Assembly: GCA_037140515.1 (NCBI GenBank)
Contig: JBAXEI010000001.1
Coordinates: 96,267 to 145,697, forward strand
DNA from: Candidatus Berkelbacteria bacterium
GTDB taxonomy: Bacteria > Patescibacteriota > UBA1384 > XYA2-FULL-43-10 > 1-14-0-10-43-13
DNA length: 49,431 nt
Direction of reading: 5' to 3'
The number at the start of each line of letters is the position of its first letter. Positions within the stretch are counted from its first letter, which is position 1. The position numbers were made by a program, and so were the translations under genes. The notes beneath the pieces are model-generated. The model did no database searches. It was not told the origin of the DNA and saw only the letters and a list, made by a program, of their open reading frames with translations. Below, in pieces: positions 9,299 through 19,997 of the stretch.

Positions 9299-10855
9299 AT
9301 GTCGGTCGTAAATGTCTTATTGTTGCTTAGTTTTTGCATGAGTATAATCGTGGGTTTTTGGTTACTCTTCTTTGCAAGGCACAACAGAAGCTATACCTAT
9401 CTTGGACTTGCAGTCTTTAGCTCGGCTTTTTGGGCTGCAGCCATTTTTTTGACTATTCGAACTGGCAGTCCTTTTGTCGGCGGATTTTCTTTTATCTTTG
9501 CGGGATTGATTTTTGCTTTCCTGATATTCTTCCTTCTGTCTTTTCTCAATAAATTAACTGCGAAGCTCTCTCTGGCTATCGGAATACCGACACTCATAAT
9601 GATCAGTATTTGTATGATTCCAAACGCGGTTTCCGGTCAAATCGATGTTTCGAAGGGTTATATCGATATGACAAGCATTGGGGCTTGGCTTCCACTATTT
9701 TATCTTTATATCCTTCTTTGTATCGCAGCATTAGTCTATTATTTTTTGATTGCTCTAAATAAGCTTGTTGGAATCCGACGCAGCCAACTTATTTACATTG
9801 TCGGCGGATTTATTGTTGCAATGCTTTTTGGCATCACCTTCAATCTTATTATGCCAGCGTTTCATTATTTTCGGTTTAACCATTTCGGCCCAGTTTTTAT
9901 TCTAATTCTTATAGGTGTAAGCGTGATTGCCGGCACGAAACACTATATTTATGGTTCAAGGGTTGTGCTGTCAGAGCTTTATTCAGTGCTTCTGATTTTT
10001 ATCTCATTCGTAAAGTTGGCAATGGCGCCGTCACTTTCTAGCTCTATTCTTACTGCTGCGGTTGTGGGCATCTGTTATCTTTTTATTCATTCTGTTATCT
10101 CGGAGGCGGAAAAAAATATCAAGCTGGAAAAGGATAAAGAGGAGCTGAAGAAGCTTGATAAAATGAAGGACGAATTTCTTATGGTTGCAACTCATGAGCT
10201 AAATACACCCGTGACGGTGCTTCGTGGCAAGATGTCGATGATTCTAGACGAAGGTTTCGGTAATTTTACAAAAGAGGAGAAGGAGTACTTGCAGCCAATA
10301 TTTGTAAATATTGAGAAGCTTGGCAAGATGTTTCGTGAAGTACTTGAGGTTATCAAGATCGACCAGAAGAAGATGTTGCTTTCTCGTGAGCAGACTAACC
10401 TTAACAAATTGATTACTGAGATAATAAAAGAAGCCAAGAAAAGTGATCGCCACTTTGATCTGGAAGCTGATTTGTCCAAAGAGCCATTATTCTTGAAGAT
10501 AGATCGCTCGAAGATTAAGGAAGTTCTGGCCGACATCTTGGACAATGCGATCAAATACAGCACCGTAAATGGGGCGAAAGGTCAAATAAAAATATCGGCA
10601 AAATCGGAAAAAGGGGAAACGATTGTTTCTATTCAGGACAACGGAGTTGGGCTTAGCGGTGAAGACAAGGCACATTTGGCTGAGAAGTTTTTTCAATCCA
10701 AGCGATTTGACAGTTTTTCACCGATGGAGCAGCAGGGAACAGGCCTTAGTCTCTATATTACTAAGAAAATTATTGAGATGCACCGTGGTAAAATCTGGGT
10801 TGAGTCAAAAGAAGGCGTCGGAAGCACTTTTTATGTCTCTTTTAAGAATTCTTGA
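9299..10855 (+). CDS. Sensor histidine kinase with a polytopic (about 7-8 TM) N-terminal domain
   Basis: H-box HELNTPVTVL, N-box DNAIKYS, G-boxes DNGVGL and GTGLSL, and C-terminal VGSTFYVSF. The ATG at 9299 is preceded by GGAGGG, so it is preferred over the TTG at 9215. Confidence 0.9.
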   Translation: MSVVNVLLLLSFCMSIIVGFWLLFFARHNRSYTYLGLAVFSSAFWAAAIFLTIRTGSPFVGGFSFIFAGLIFAFLIFFLLSFLNKLTAKLSLAIGIPTLIMISICMIPNAVSGQIDVSKGYIDMTSIGAWLPLFYLYILLCIAALVYYFLIALNKLVGIRRSQLIYIVGGFIVAMLFGITFNLIMPAFHYFRFNHFGPVFILILIGVSVIAGTKHYIYGSRVVLSELYSVLLIFISFVKLAMAPSLSSSILTAAVVGICYLFIHSVISEAEKNIKLEKDKEELKKLDKMKDEFLMVATHELNTPVTVLRGKMSMILDEGFGNFTKEEKEYLQPIFVNIEKLGKMFREVLEVIKIDQKKMLLSREQTNLNKLITEIIKEAKKSDRHFDLEADLSKEPLFLKIDRSKIKEVLADILDNAIKYSTVNGAKGQIKISAKSEKGETIVSIQDNGVGLSGEDKAHLAEKFFQSKRFDSFSPMEQQGTGLSLYITKKIIEMHRGKIWVESKEGVGSTFYVSFKNS

Positions 10856-10963
10856 CGTTGTCAAATTATCTAGTCTAGGACTATGTAAAACAGCATATTT
10901 ATAATTTATAATTTAGAATTCCAAATTTATATCAGAAAATTACCGTTTGAGAGCGAATAAGTG

Positions 10964-10993
10964 TTGACAATCCTAAATCAAATATGCTAAGCT
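10964..10993 (+). promoter_or_regulatory. Candidate rRNA promoter (TTGACA-N18-TGcTAAGCT)
   Basis: TTGACA at 10964-10969, then an extended -10 TGcTAAGCT at 10985-10993. A second isolated TATAAT lies at 11050-11055 with no good -35. Confidence 0.4.
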
Positions 10994-11330
10994 CCTATTT
11001 AGCGATTGATAAATGCTAAATGATAAACACTACATGGGGGGTGCGCGGGTATAATATTCCAATAAAGGAAAAATTACCTGCGAGATTGATTTTTTTGTCT
11101 CGTTCAGACGCGGCAAGATTATAGTTGTGAGGCTTAGGGTTCACATGTTGTAATCTTAGAGTTCGCACTTTAACAATTTGTGCAGAAATTACATATATAG
11201 GTATGTATACATCTGCAAAAAAGTAAAAAAGAGTAATAGAAACATCTTTAAAAACTGTAATACAATAATTATCTTCCGATAATAAAAATTTCTCAAAACT
11301 AAGTAATCATGAAGTGCAAAGCAATTTGTC

Positions 11331-11349
11331 TCCAGAAATTACTAGTCAA
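11331..11349 (+). other. 5' arm of the 23S rRNA processing stem
   Basis: ccagaaattactagtcaag is the exact reverse complement of cttgactagtaatttctgg at 14269-14287. Confidence 0.8.
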
Positions 11350-11429
11350 GAACAACTTATGTCGGGCGATTGGGATAGAAGTCCTTGCTTGCAAGGATGA
11401 TTGTCCCAATTTGTTCGACCTCTAATTAA

Positions 11430-14268
<2,839 letters not shown>

Positions 14269-14287
14269 CTTGACTAGTAATTTCTGG
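14269..14287 (+). other. 3' arm of the 23S rRNA processing stem
   Basis: Perfect 19-nt complement of 11331-11349, lying immediately after the predicted 23S 3' end. Confidence 0.8.
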
Positions 14288-14513
14288 ATTTATCCAGTTT
14301 ATCGAGCGTTTAAGATACTTGTTGGGTGGTTTTGTTCCTAGTTTTAGCGGATTTATCCACTAAACGGTAGGTGCATTACTGCTCACTAGATCGAGCTCAC
14401 GTTGATTTTCACATGGGGGTAAGATAATTTTTGTCTTATCCCATGTGGGAATCAAAAAGTTAAAATACAACTCGAAATAATTTTGAGTTAGAGCAAGCCA
14501 ATTTATGGTTTAA

Positions 14514-14633
<120 letters not shown>

Positions 14634-14667
14634 TAAGATCGTAAGTTGGCTTTTTTAGTACAAAAAA

Positions 14668-14697
14668 ATACCATCAATTTCTTGATGGTATTTTTTT
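14668..14697. terminator. Bidirectional rho-independent terminator (rRNA operon on +, PadR/micro-ORF operon on -)
   Basis: The stem ataccatcaa / ttgatggtat has loop tttc. An A-run lies on the left and a T-run on the right. Confidence 0.8.
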
Positions 14698-14711
14698 GTT
14701 TTGGTTTACGA

Positions 14712-14771
14712 TTAGTTACCGCAGCATCCGCCGTTGCAACCTTCGCATGAACCTTCTTCTCCGCCGATCAT
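14712..14771 (-). CDS. Candidate 19-aa Cys-rich micropeptide MIGGEEGSCEGCNGGCCGN
   Basis: Not in the ORF track because it is too short. ATG at 14771-14769 and TAA at 14714-12. GGAG lies 5 nt upstream (ataGGAGtcaatATG). It sits 65 nt downstream of the PadR-like gene on the same strand, and the terminator at 14668-14697 follows directly. Confidence 0.45.
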   Translation of the reverse strand: MIGGEEGSCEGCNGGCCGN

Positions 14772-14836
14772 ATTGACTCCTATATTTTTAGCTAATCACA
14801 AATTTATCTTAACAAATAATCATAAATACGCAAGAC

Positions 14837-15181
14837 TTATAACAGGATTGACTCTCTTAGCAACGGGATTATTTCGCCATATGACTTTGCTGCTGCTCTG
14901 TATGCTGCTCGACCCTTTTCGGTAAGTGAGTAGAGGATGCGAGTTCGAGAGCCGACAGATAGTTCGCGTGTTGTGGCGTAGCCATCTTTGTGAAGCTGCT
15001 CAAGCGCTGGGTAAACAGTTGATTCTGTTGGTCTGCACGTGCCGTCTGACAGCTCTTCTATACGCTTAACGATGCGATAGCCATATGTTTCTTTGTCTTT
15101 GTATATAACCTTGAGCAAAAAAAATTTAATCAGCCCCTGATTAATCAATTTTCGCCAATATCCTTCGTTCGTTAGATCCAT
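14837..15181 (-). CDS. PadR-family transcriptional regulator
   Basis: LIKFFLLKVIYKDKETYGYRIVKRIEELSDG...STVYPALEQLHKDGY...Y.LTEKG is a typical PadR winged-helix pattern. The start at M32 of the tracked ORF (ATG at 15181-15179) is preceded by AAGGTGA. The tracked N-terminal extension looks non-coding. Confidence 0.8.
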   Translation of the reverse strand: MDLTNEGYWRKLINQGLIKFFLLKVIYKDKETYGYRIVKRIEELSDGTCRPTESTVYPALEQLHKDGYATTRELSVGSRTRILYSLTEKGRAAYRAAAKSYGEIIPLLRESILL

Positions 15182-15329
15182 ATGGTCACCTTCGCTGAAT
15201 TTGTAATTTTTAATTGTCTTAACCCTCGTTCGTCTCGGTATATTTAACTTATAGCAAAGAGCATAAATTGTCAAATCAAATACGTAGTGCTATGATTCAT
15301 TTAGAATTTAATAAAATTTTTGGAGACTT

Positions 15330-16211
15330 ATGCCAGAACTACCCGAAGTCGAGACGATTCGTCGTGGATTGCAGGAAAAGATAGTCGGTAAAAAAATTAC
15401 TGATCTCTCTTTTGATTGGCTAAAATCTTTTCAGGGTGACTCCGCTGATGTCATTGGCAAAAAAGTTGTTTCTGTCCAGCGTCGCGCAAAAACGATTCAA
15501 GTAGAGTTAATTGATGATACAAATTTACTTTTTCACTTGAAGATGACAGGACAACTGATTTATCGCGATGCACTTGCGATAAAGAGTAATGAAAAATCTG
15601 GCGATTTCTTTGCGGGCGGCCATCCTGATCATGACTGGCATTTACCTCTGCCAAATAAACACACACGCATCGTTTTTACCTTTGAGGACGATTCTAAGCT
15701 CTTTTTTAACGATTTGCGTAAGTTTGGTTGGTGTAAGGTGCTTTCTGGCAGAGAGCTTATGGCGATTCATGATGAAAAGTATGGCTTAGAGCCTTTTGCG
15801 AAAGAATTTAACGTTGAATATCTGATTAAATTTGCCAAGAAATATCCGAATCGCAAAATTAAGCAATTTCTGCTCGATCAGACAATAATTGCTGGTATTG
15901 GTAATATTTATGCAGATGAAGCGCTTTTTGCTGCTAAGATTTCTCCATATCGATTGGCTAGAGATATTGATGAATCAGAGTGGGCAGAATTAATCAAAGT
16001 GATTGTCGAAATTCTTGATTTAGCGATCAAAAAGGGTGGTACGACCGATAGTGACTATGTAAATGTCGAGGGCAAAAAAGGCGGTATGCAAGATTTTTTG
16101 AAGGTCTACCACAAAGAAGGGGAGCCCTGCGCAAACAAGTGCGGCGACTTCGTCCACCGGACTACTATTGCTGGTCGAGGAACGCATTATTGTCCAACTT
16201 GCCAGAAGTAA
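15330..16211 (+). CDS. mutM: Formamidopyrimidine-DNA glycosylase (Fpg/MutM)
   Basis: Canonical N-terminus MPELPEVET with catalytic Pro2/Glu3, a GIGNIYADE helix-two-turn-helix region, and a C-terminal zinc finger C...C...YCPTCQ. Confidence 0.9.
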   Translation: MPELPEVETIRRGLQEKIVGKKITDLSFDWLKSFQGDSADVIGKKVVSVQRRAKTIQVELIDDTNLLFHLKMTGQLIYRDALAIKSNEKSGDFFAGGHPDHDWHLPLPNKHTRIVFTFEDDSKLFFNDLRKFGWCKVLSGRELMAIHDEKYGLEPFAKEFNVEYLIKFAKKYPNRKIKQFLLDQTIIAGIGNIYADEALFAAKISPYRLARDIDESEWAELIKVIVEILDLAIKKGGTTDSDYVNVEGKKGGMQDFLKVYHKEGEPCANKCGDFVHRTTIAGRGTHYCPTCQK

Positions 16212-16239
16212 TAACTTTTTGCGTTTTTAAGGATTTTAC

Positions 16240-16248
16240 TGTTATAAT
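16240..16248 (+). promoter_or_regulatory. Extended -10 promoter element (TGtTATAAT) upstream of the pilin gene
   Basis: TGtTATAAT lies 41 nt upstream of the ATG. No clear -35. Confidence 0.4.
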
Positions 16249-16289
16249 ATAAAAAAGAATATTCTAAATTGAATCTACGGAGGGGTCAG

Positions 16290-16946
16290 ATGAACAATAG
16301 GAGAGGTTTTACGCTCGTGGAGCTTTTGGTCGTCATTGCCGTGATCGGGATACTGTCAGCGGTGGTTGTTTTGAATACAAACGTCGCAAAGTCGAAAGCG
16401 AGAGATGCAATCAGAAAAAATGATGTCGCTTCAATTTCGCAGGCAATGCAGCTGTACTATACTGCAAACGGCAAAATTCCTTATATCGATCAAACGGCCG
16501 GGGTCAACGACTATGTGTCATACGGCTTGCAAACTTACGGTACTGGCAGTTGCAACAGTTCGTGGTTTTATATAGAGGGAGACGCAACAAAAGGCTGCAA
16601 TTCAGATGGTTCCACTATGGGGACGCCGAATGCAAACACAATTTTCAAAGATGCAATCGCTGAGTTTATGCCGACGATACCTATTGATCCAACAAATCGA
16701 AAGATATTAACAGGAGCTGGTGCGTGGACTGATAATATCTACGGCTATTTACTCTTGGGTAAGAGTGGTCAATCAGACGCTTTTCAGGTAAAAGCATTGC
16801 TCGAAAACGCGTCTGGGAATGTCGGAACCTCAAAAAGATGCCAAGGCGTTCTTTGGTCTGGAACTGGAACAGTGCCGACTACACTTCAATGGACTGATCC
16901 GCTCTATGGTTCGAAAGCTTATACTGCGCTTTGTGCAACTCCTTAG
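16290..16946 (+). CDS. Type IV pilin / pseudopilin with prepilin-peptidase processing motif
   Basis: MNNRRG|FTLVELLVVIAVIGILSAVV shows the class III signal peptide, with Gly at -1, Phe at +1 and Glu at +5. GGAGGGG lies upstream of the ATG at 16290. The C-terminal domain carries Cys residues. Confidence 0.85.
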   Translation: MNNRRGFTLVELLVVIAVIGILSAVVVLNTNVAKSKARDAIRKNDVASISQAMQLYYTANGKIPYIDQTAGVNDYVSYGLQTYGTGSCNSSWFYIEGDATKGCNSDGSTMGTPNANTIFKDAIAEFMPTIPIDPTNRKILTGAGAWTDNIYGYLLLGKSGQSDAFQVKALLENASGNVGTSKRCQGVLWSGTGTVPTTLQWTDPLYGSKAYTALCATP

Positions 16947-17029
16947 CGTCTCTTGATTAATTTTTATATTGGGCTAAATTATATGGGTAGACAAAAAGTC
17001 TATCCATATTTGTGTTTAGGAGGTTACAA

Positions 17030-17173
17030 ATGACTGAACACCCATGGAAACCGGTTCCATATAATTGCCCTTCGAAGTATACTCGAGGCAACACAGACAG
17101 GGCGAAAAGATGTCCAAAGTGCGGTGTGGTTCACAGAAAAGGGCGTTGTCCCAGGCATCCGAATCACCAGTAG
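17030..17173 (+). CDS. Candidate 47-aa basic zinc-ribbon-like protein
   Basis: Not in the ORF track. AGGAGG lies 7 nt upstream of the ATG. Sequence: MTEHPWKPVPYNCPSKYTRGNTDRAKRCPKCGVVHRKGRCPGHPNHQ (C13, C28xxC31, C40, His-rich tail). A hairpin at 17181-17207 follows. It competes with an antisense 76-aa ORF that spans a terminator hairpin. Confidence 0.5.
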   Translation: MTEHPWKPVPYNCPSKYTRGNTDRAKRCPKCGVVHRKGRCPRHPNHQ

Positions 17174-17225
17174 AACCGTAGGGAACACAAACTCGTATAG
17201 TGTTCCCTTAAATTTGTAAAAAATA

Positions 17226-17252
17226 GCGCTTGTCTCAAATTGAGACAAGCGC
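17226..17252 (-). terminator. Rho-independent terminator of plsX
   Basis: The stem gcgcttgtctca / tgagacaagcgc is 12 bp. On the minus strand it is followed by TTTTTT (aaaaaa on + at 17217-17222). It lies 5 nt after the plsX stop. Confidence 0.8.
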
Positions 17253-17257
17253 ATTGC

Positions 17258-18247
17258 TTATTTAAGCGGGTATTTGGCAAATTCTGCCATGATGGCGGAA
17301 TTTATGTCATTTTCGATAGCGCGGAAAGCCGCGTCGATCAGGGAGCAACAGGCTTCGGCGTCGGACTTGCCGTGGCCCTTTAGACATATTCCGAGAAGCC
17401 CGAGCAGAACAGCGCCATTATTGGCTTCGTAGCCGATCTTTTTGTTAATGGCATTTAGCAGAGCTATTTGTGATTCAGTGTTTGCTATGCTTGCCATTTG
17501 TGTGAGCAAAAATCTCGTAGTGGCTTCGATCCACTTGAGTCCGAGATTTCCGTCAAAGCCGGAGGCGACAATGACATCGAAATTACCATCAAGTACGTCC
17601 TGCGGTTCTGCATTTCCCTGAAAATAGGGATAGTTTATGAGCAGTTTAAATGCCGCCTTTGTTAGCTCGTTGCCCTTAGATTCTTCAGAGCCATTTGAGA
17701 GAAGTCCCAGTATTGGTTTTGCTCGTTTTAAGATTTTCTCAGTATATACCTTGCCCATTAGACCAAGATAATACAAATCAACATCAGAGCAGTCTGGTCT
17801 AGCGCCAAGATCCAAGACTAAAGATGGTAGAGAGTTGGATGGAAAAGTCGTGGCCAATGCCGGTGAAATTTTCCCACTGGGTGTAGACAGTCGTTGCAAT
17901 TTTGTTGAGGCAAAAGCCACCAGTGCGGCAGTATTGCCACAGCTCACGACTGCATCAGCTTTGCCCGTTGCAACTTGATCGATGGCAACGGCCATGGAAG
18001 AATTTTTCCGATCAAGTATTCTTCTGGAAAAAGGCTCGTTCATTCCGATTACATCGGATGCATGAACGATTTCGAAACGACTGTTTGGTTCGGCAGGAAA
18101 GTGATCTTCAAGAATTTTCTTATCACCGACCATGATGATGTGCGCTTCTCGAAAATCTTCAAGATAATCACGAACCGCCTTGATTTGTGGGGTTGGAGCG
18201 TGGTCGCCACCGAACATGTCGATCGCAACCGTTTTAATTTCATTCAT
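17258..18247 (-). CDS. plsX: Phosphate acyltransferase PlsX
   Basis: N-terminal VAIDMFGGDHAP motif plus overall PlsX-like length and pattern (329 aa). Confidence 0.88.
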   Translation of the reverse strand: MNEIKTVAIDMFGGDHAPTPQIKAVRDYLEDFREAHIIMVGDKKILEDHFPAEPNSRFEIVHASDVIGMNEPFSRRILDRKNSSMAVAIDQVATGKADAVVSCGNTAALVAFASTKLQRLSTPSGKISPALATTFPSNSLPSLVLDLGARPDCSDVDLYYLGLMGKVYTEKILKRAKPILGLLSNGSEESKGNELTKAAFKLLINYPYFQGNAEPQDVLDGNFDVIVASGFDGNLGLKWIEATTRFLLTQMASIANTESQIALLNAINKKIGYEANNGAVLLGLLGICLKGHGKSDAEACCSLIDAAFRAIENDINSAIMAEFAKYPLK

Positions 18248-18356
18248 ATTATTCTCCTTGGGGTGTATTTACCTTACGGCTACATTATTGTAAACTAATT
18301 TGTAGATTTGTCAATGTAGCATTGTGTATTTTGCTATTATCATGCGTCAAGTAATG

Positions 18357-18385
18357 TTGACAGAAAGAGCAGATAGTGTTATGTT
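18357..18385 (+). promoter_or_regulatory. Sigma70-like promoter TTGACA-N17-TATGTT
   Basis: TTGACA at 18357-18362, a 17-nt spacer, then TATGTT at 18380-18385. Confidence 0.55.
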
Positions 18386-18494
18386 TAGATTAATCATGAA
18401 AAATATTGCAGCTAAAACTTGGTTTTACTTTTTTACCCTGACCCCAAAGCCAGCTCTTATTTAGTATCTGATTAATTCATAAATCTAAAATCAT

Positions 18495-18522
18495 CTGGCT
18501 CACGGCCAGGTTTTTTGTTTTT
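18495..18522 (+). terminator. Intrinsic terminator/attenuator inside the leader of the 95-aa ORF
   Basis: ctggc(t) cac (g)gccag forms a GC-rich stem followed by gTTTTTTgTTTTT. It lies about 54 nt upstream of the ATG at 18576. Confidence 0.55.
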
Positions 18523-18575
18523 ATGAGCCTAAAATCATTGTTAGGCTGGTACAAAGCAAAAAAAAGGGGGGGAAC

Positions 18576-18863
18576 ATGAATAATGTAGTTATTCGGTCTG
18601 CTGATCTGCGCAGATATTACAACAAACCAATTTCAGGTGAAATCAAAAAATTGGTAGATCTCAGTCTTGCCGAAGGTGCAAAAGTGGTGACTTTCGAAGT
18701 CGGTTGTCTTTTGCAATTATCTCATGAGGGTGCAAACATATCTGAGATTGAATTGTTAGTAAATTTAATCAAAGATAAATGTATGCGTATTTACTGGGCA
18801 AATGTTCGGTCGTTCCTGATCTTGCACATTGACCCGCGCTATCACGATGTTGTTCCGTTGTAG
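18576..18863 (+). CDS. Hypothetical protein (95 aa)
   Basis: The ORF has a G-rich SD (AAGGGGGGG) 4 nt upstream. No family recognised. A stem-loop ggatcctagc/gctaggatcc lies at 18876-18902 downstream. Confidence 0.55.
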   Translation: MNNVVIRSADLRRYYNKPISGEIKKLVDLSLAEGAKVVTFEVGCLLQLSHEGANISEIELLVNLIKDKCMRIYWANVRSFLILHIDPRYHDVVPL

Positions 18864-19054
18864 CGGACAAAACAGGGATCCTAGCCAAAAAAGCTAGGAT
18901 CCACAATTCACTATTATTTATTAATACATATATAGAAGAAGGTTATTATGGACGGCTATGCTTATCAATTGTTAGAAATAAAATAGCGCCTCTAGAAATA
19001 GGGGTACTATTTTTGTTATGCTTGGTGCGTCATAAATAATCGGAGAATTTAGCA

Positions 19055-19807
19055 ATGGAAAAGTATGCTGCAATAATCTTGGCTGCTGGTAAGGGAACTC
19101 GAATGGGGGATGTAAATGGTTCGCCAATTCCAAAAGTTATGTTTCGTTTAAATGAAAAACCAATTATTGAATATAGCGTAAACTGCATTAAAAATGCTGG
19201 GATCAATAAAGTTGTGTTGGTTGTTGGCTATAAGCGTGAAATGGTCCAGGAATACTTTGGCGATAAAGTTCTCTATGCAGTTCAAGAGGAGCAGCTTGGT
19301 ACTGGTCATGCTGTCTCGATGGCCAAGGATGTGTTGGATGGCGAAGCTGAGTCGCTAATAGTTTTTGGAGGAGACAATCCGCTGATCAAGCCTGAGACGG
19401 TTTGTAGTCTGATTAATTTGTATGAAAAAGAAAGGCCAACTATCGCGATGCTCTCGGTTGTCTCTGATTCCTTGATGGATTGGGCTTTTGGCCGAATAAT
19501 TCGTGATGAAAATGGCGAGGTTGATACGATTGTTGAACAAAAAGATTGCACAGATGAGCAGCTAAAGGTAAAAGAGGGGAATCCAGCTTTTTATATCTTT
19601 GATGCAGCTTGGCTCTGGGGAAATATTACAAAGCTAAAAACTGAAAATGTTCAGCACGAACTATATTTGACTGATATGATTCACCTAGCTCGTGAGCAGG
19701 GGAAGAGAATCGTTGCCATGCCTGTTTCTGAAGAAAATGAGGCATTGGGCATTAATACGCAGGATCAGCTGAAAGAAGCTGAAGAGATATTGAATAATCG
19801 AAGATAA
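19055..19807 (+). CDS. Sugar-phosphate nucleotidyltransferase (GlmU N-terminal-domain-like, no acetyltransferase domain)
   Basis: AIILAAGKGTRM (the G-x-G-T-R-M nucleotide-binding loop), LGTGHAV, and FGGDNPL. At 250 aa there is no left-handed beta-helix C-terminal half. Confidence 0.8.
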   Translation: MEKYAAIILAAGKGTRMGDVNGSPIPKVMFRLNEKPIIEYSVNCIKNAGINKVVLVVGYKREMVQEYFGDKVLYAVQEEQLGTGHAVSMAKDVLDGEAESLIVFGGDNPLIKPETVCSLINLYEKERPTIAMLSVVSDSLMDWAFGRIIRDENGEVDTIVEQKDCTDEQLKVKEGNPAFYIFDAAWLWGNITKLKTENVQHELYLTDMIHLAREQGKRIVAMPVSEENEALGINTQDQLKEAEEILNNRR

Positions 19808-19830
19808 GCAAGTTTATTATATATTTATTA

Positions 19831-19871
19831 GAGGACAGAGGGACTCATTCCGAAGTCGTCCCCCTATCCTC
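19831..19871 (+). terminator. Strong stem-loop downstream of the nucleotidyltransferase gene (terminator-like, no T-run)
   Basis: gaggacagagggac / gtccccctatcctc forms a 14-bp stem with 2 mismatches and a 13-nt loop. Confidence 0.3.
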
Positions 19872-19997
19872 TAAAACTCCAACCTCCTACACGGAAAGTG
19901 GTCGCCACTTCTCATAAAAAATTCAACTCGTTTCGCTCAAACAATAATTTTTTATGAAGAAGTGGCATTAATCAGTTATTATTTAAATTGGTTCCAG

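Noticed and set aside
14734-14925. 63-aa + strand ORF
   Set aside because: It overlaps the 3' end of the PadR-like gene and the micro-ORF region in antisense. It has no SD and no protein-like pattern.
17030-17173. Identification of the 47-aa zinc-ribbon ORF as ribosomal protein L32 (rpmF), which often neighbours plsX
   Set aside because: The N-terminus lacks the basic MAVPK(R/K)K..S... signature I recall for L32. The gene is also convergent with plsX, not upstream and co-oriented as rpmF usually is.
17024-17254. 76-aa minus-strand ORF
   Set aside because: It spans the plsX terminator hairpin, has no SD and has an odd composition. The + strand 47-aa ORF with AGGAGG is the better model.
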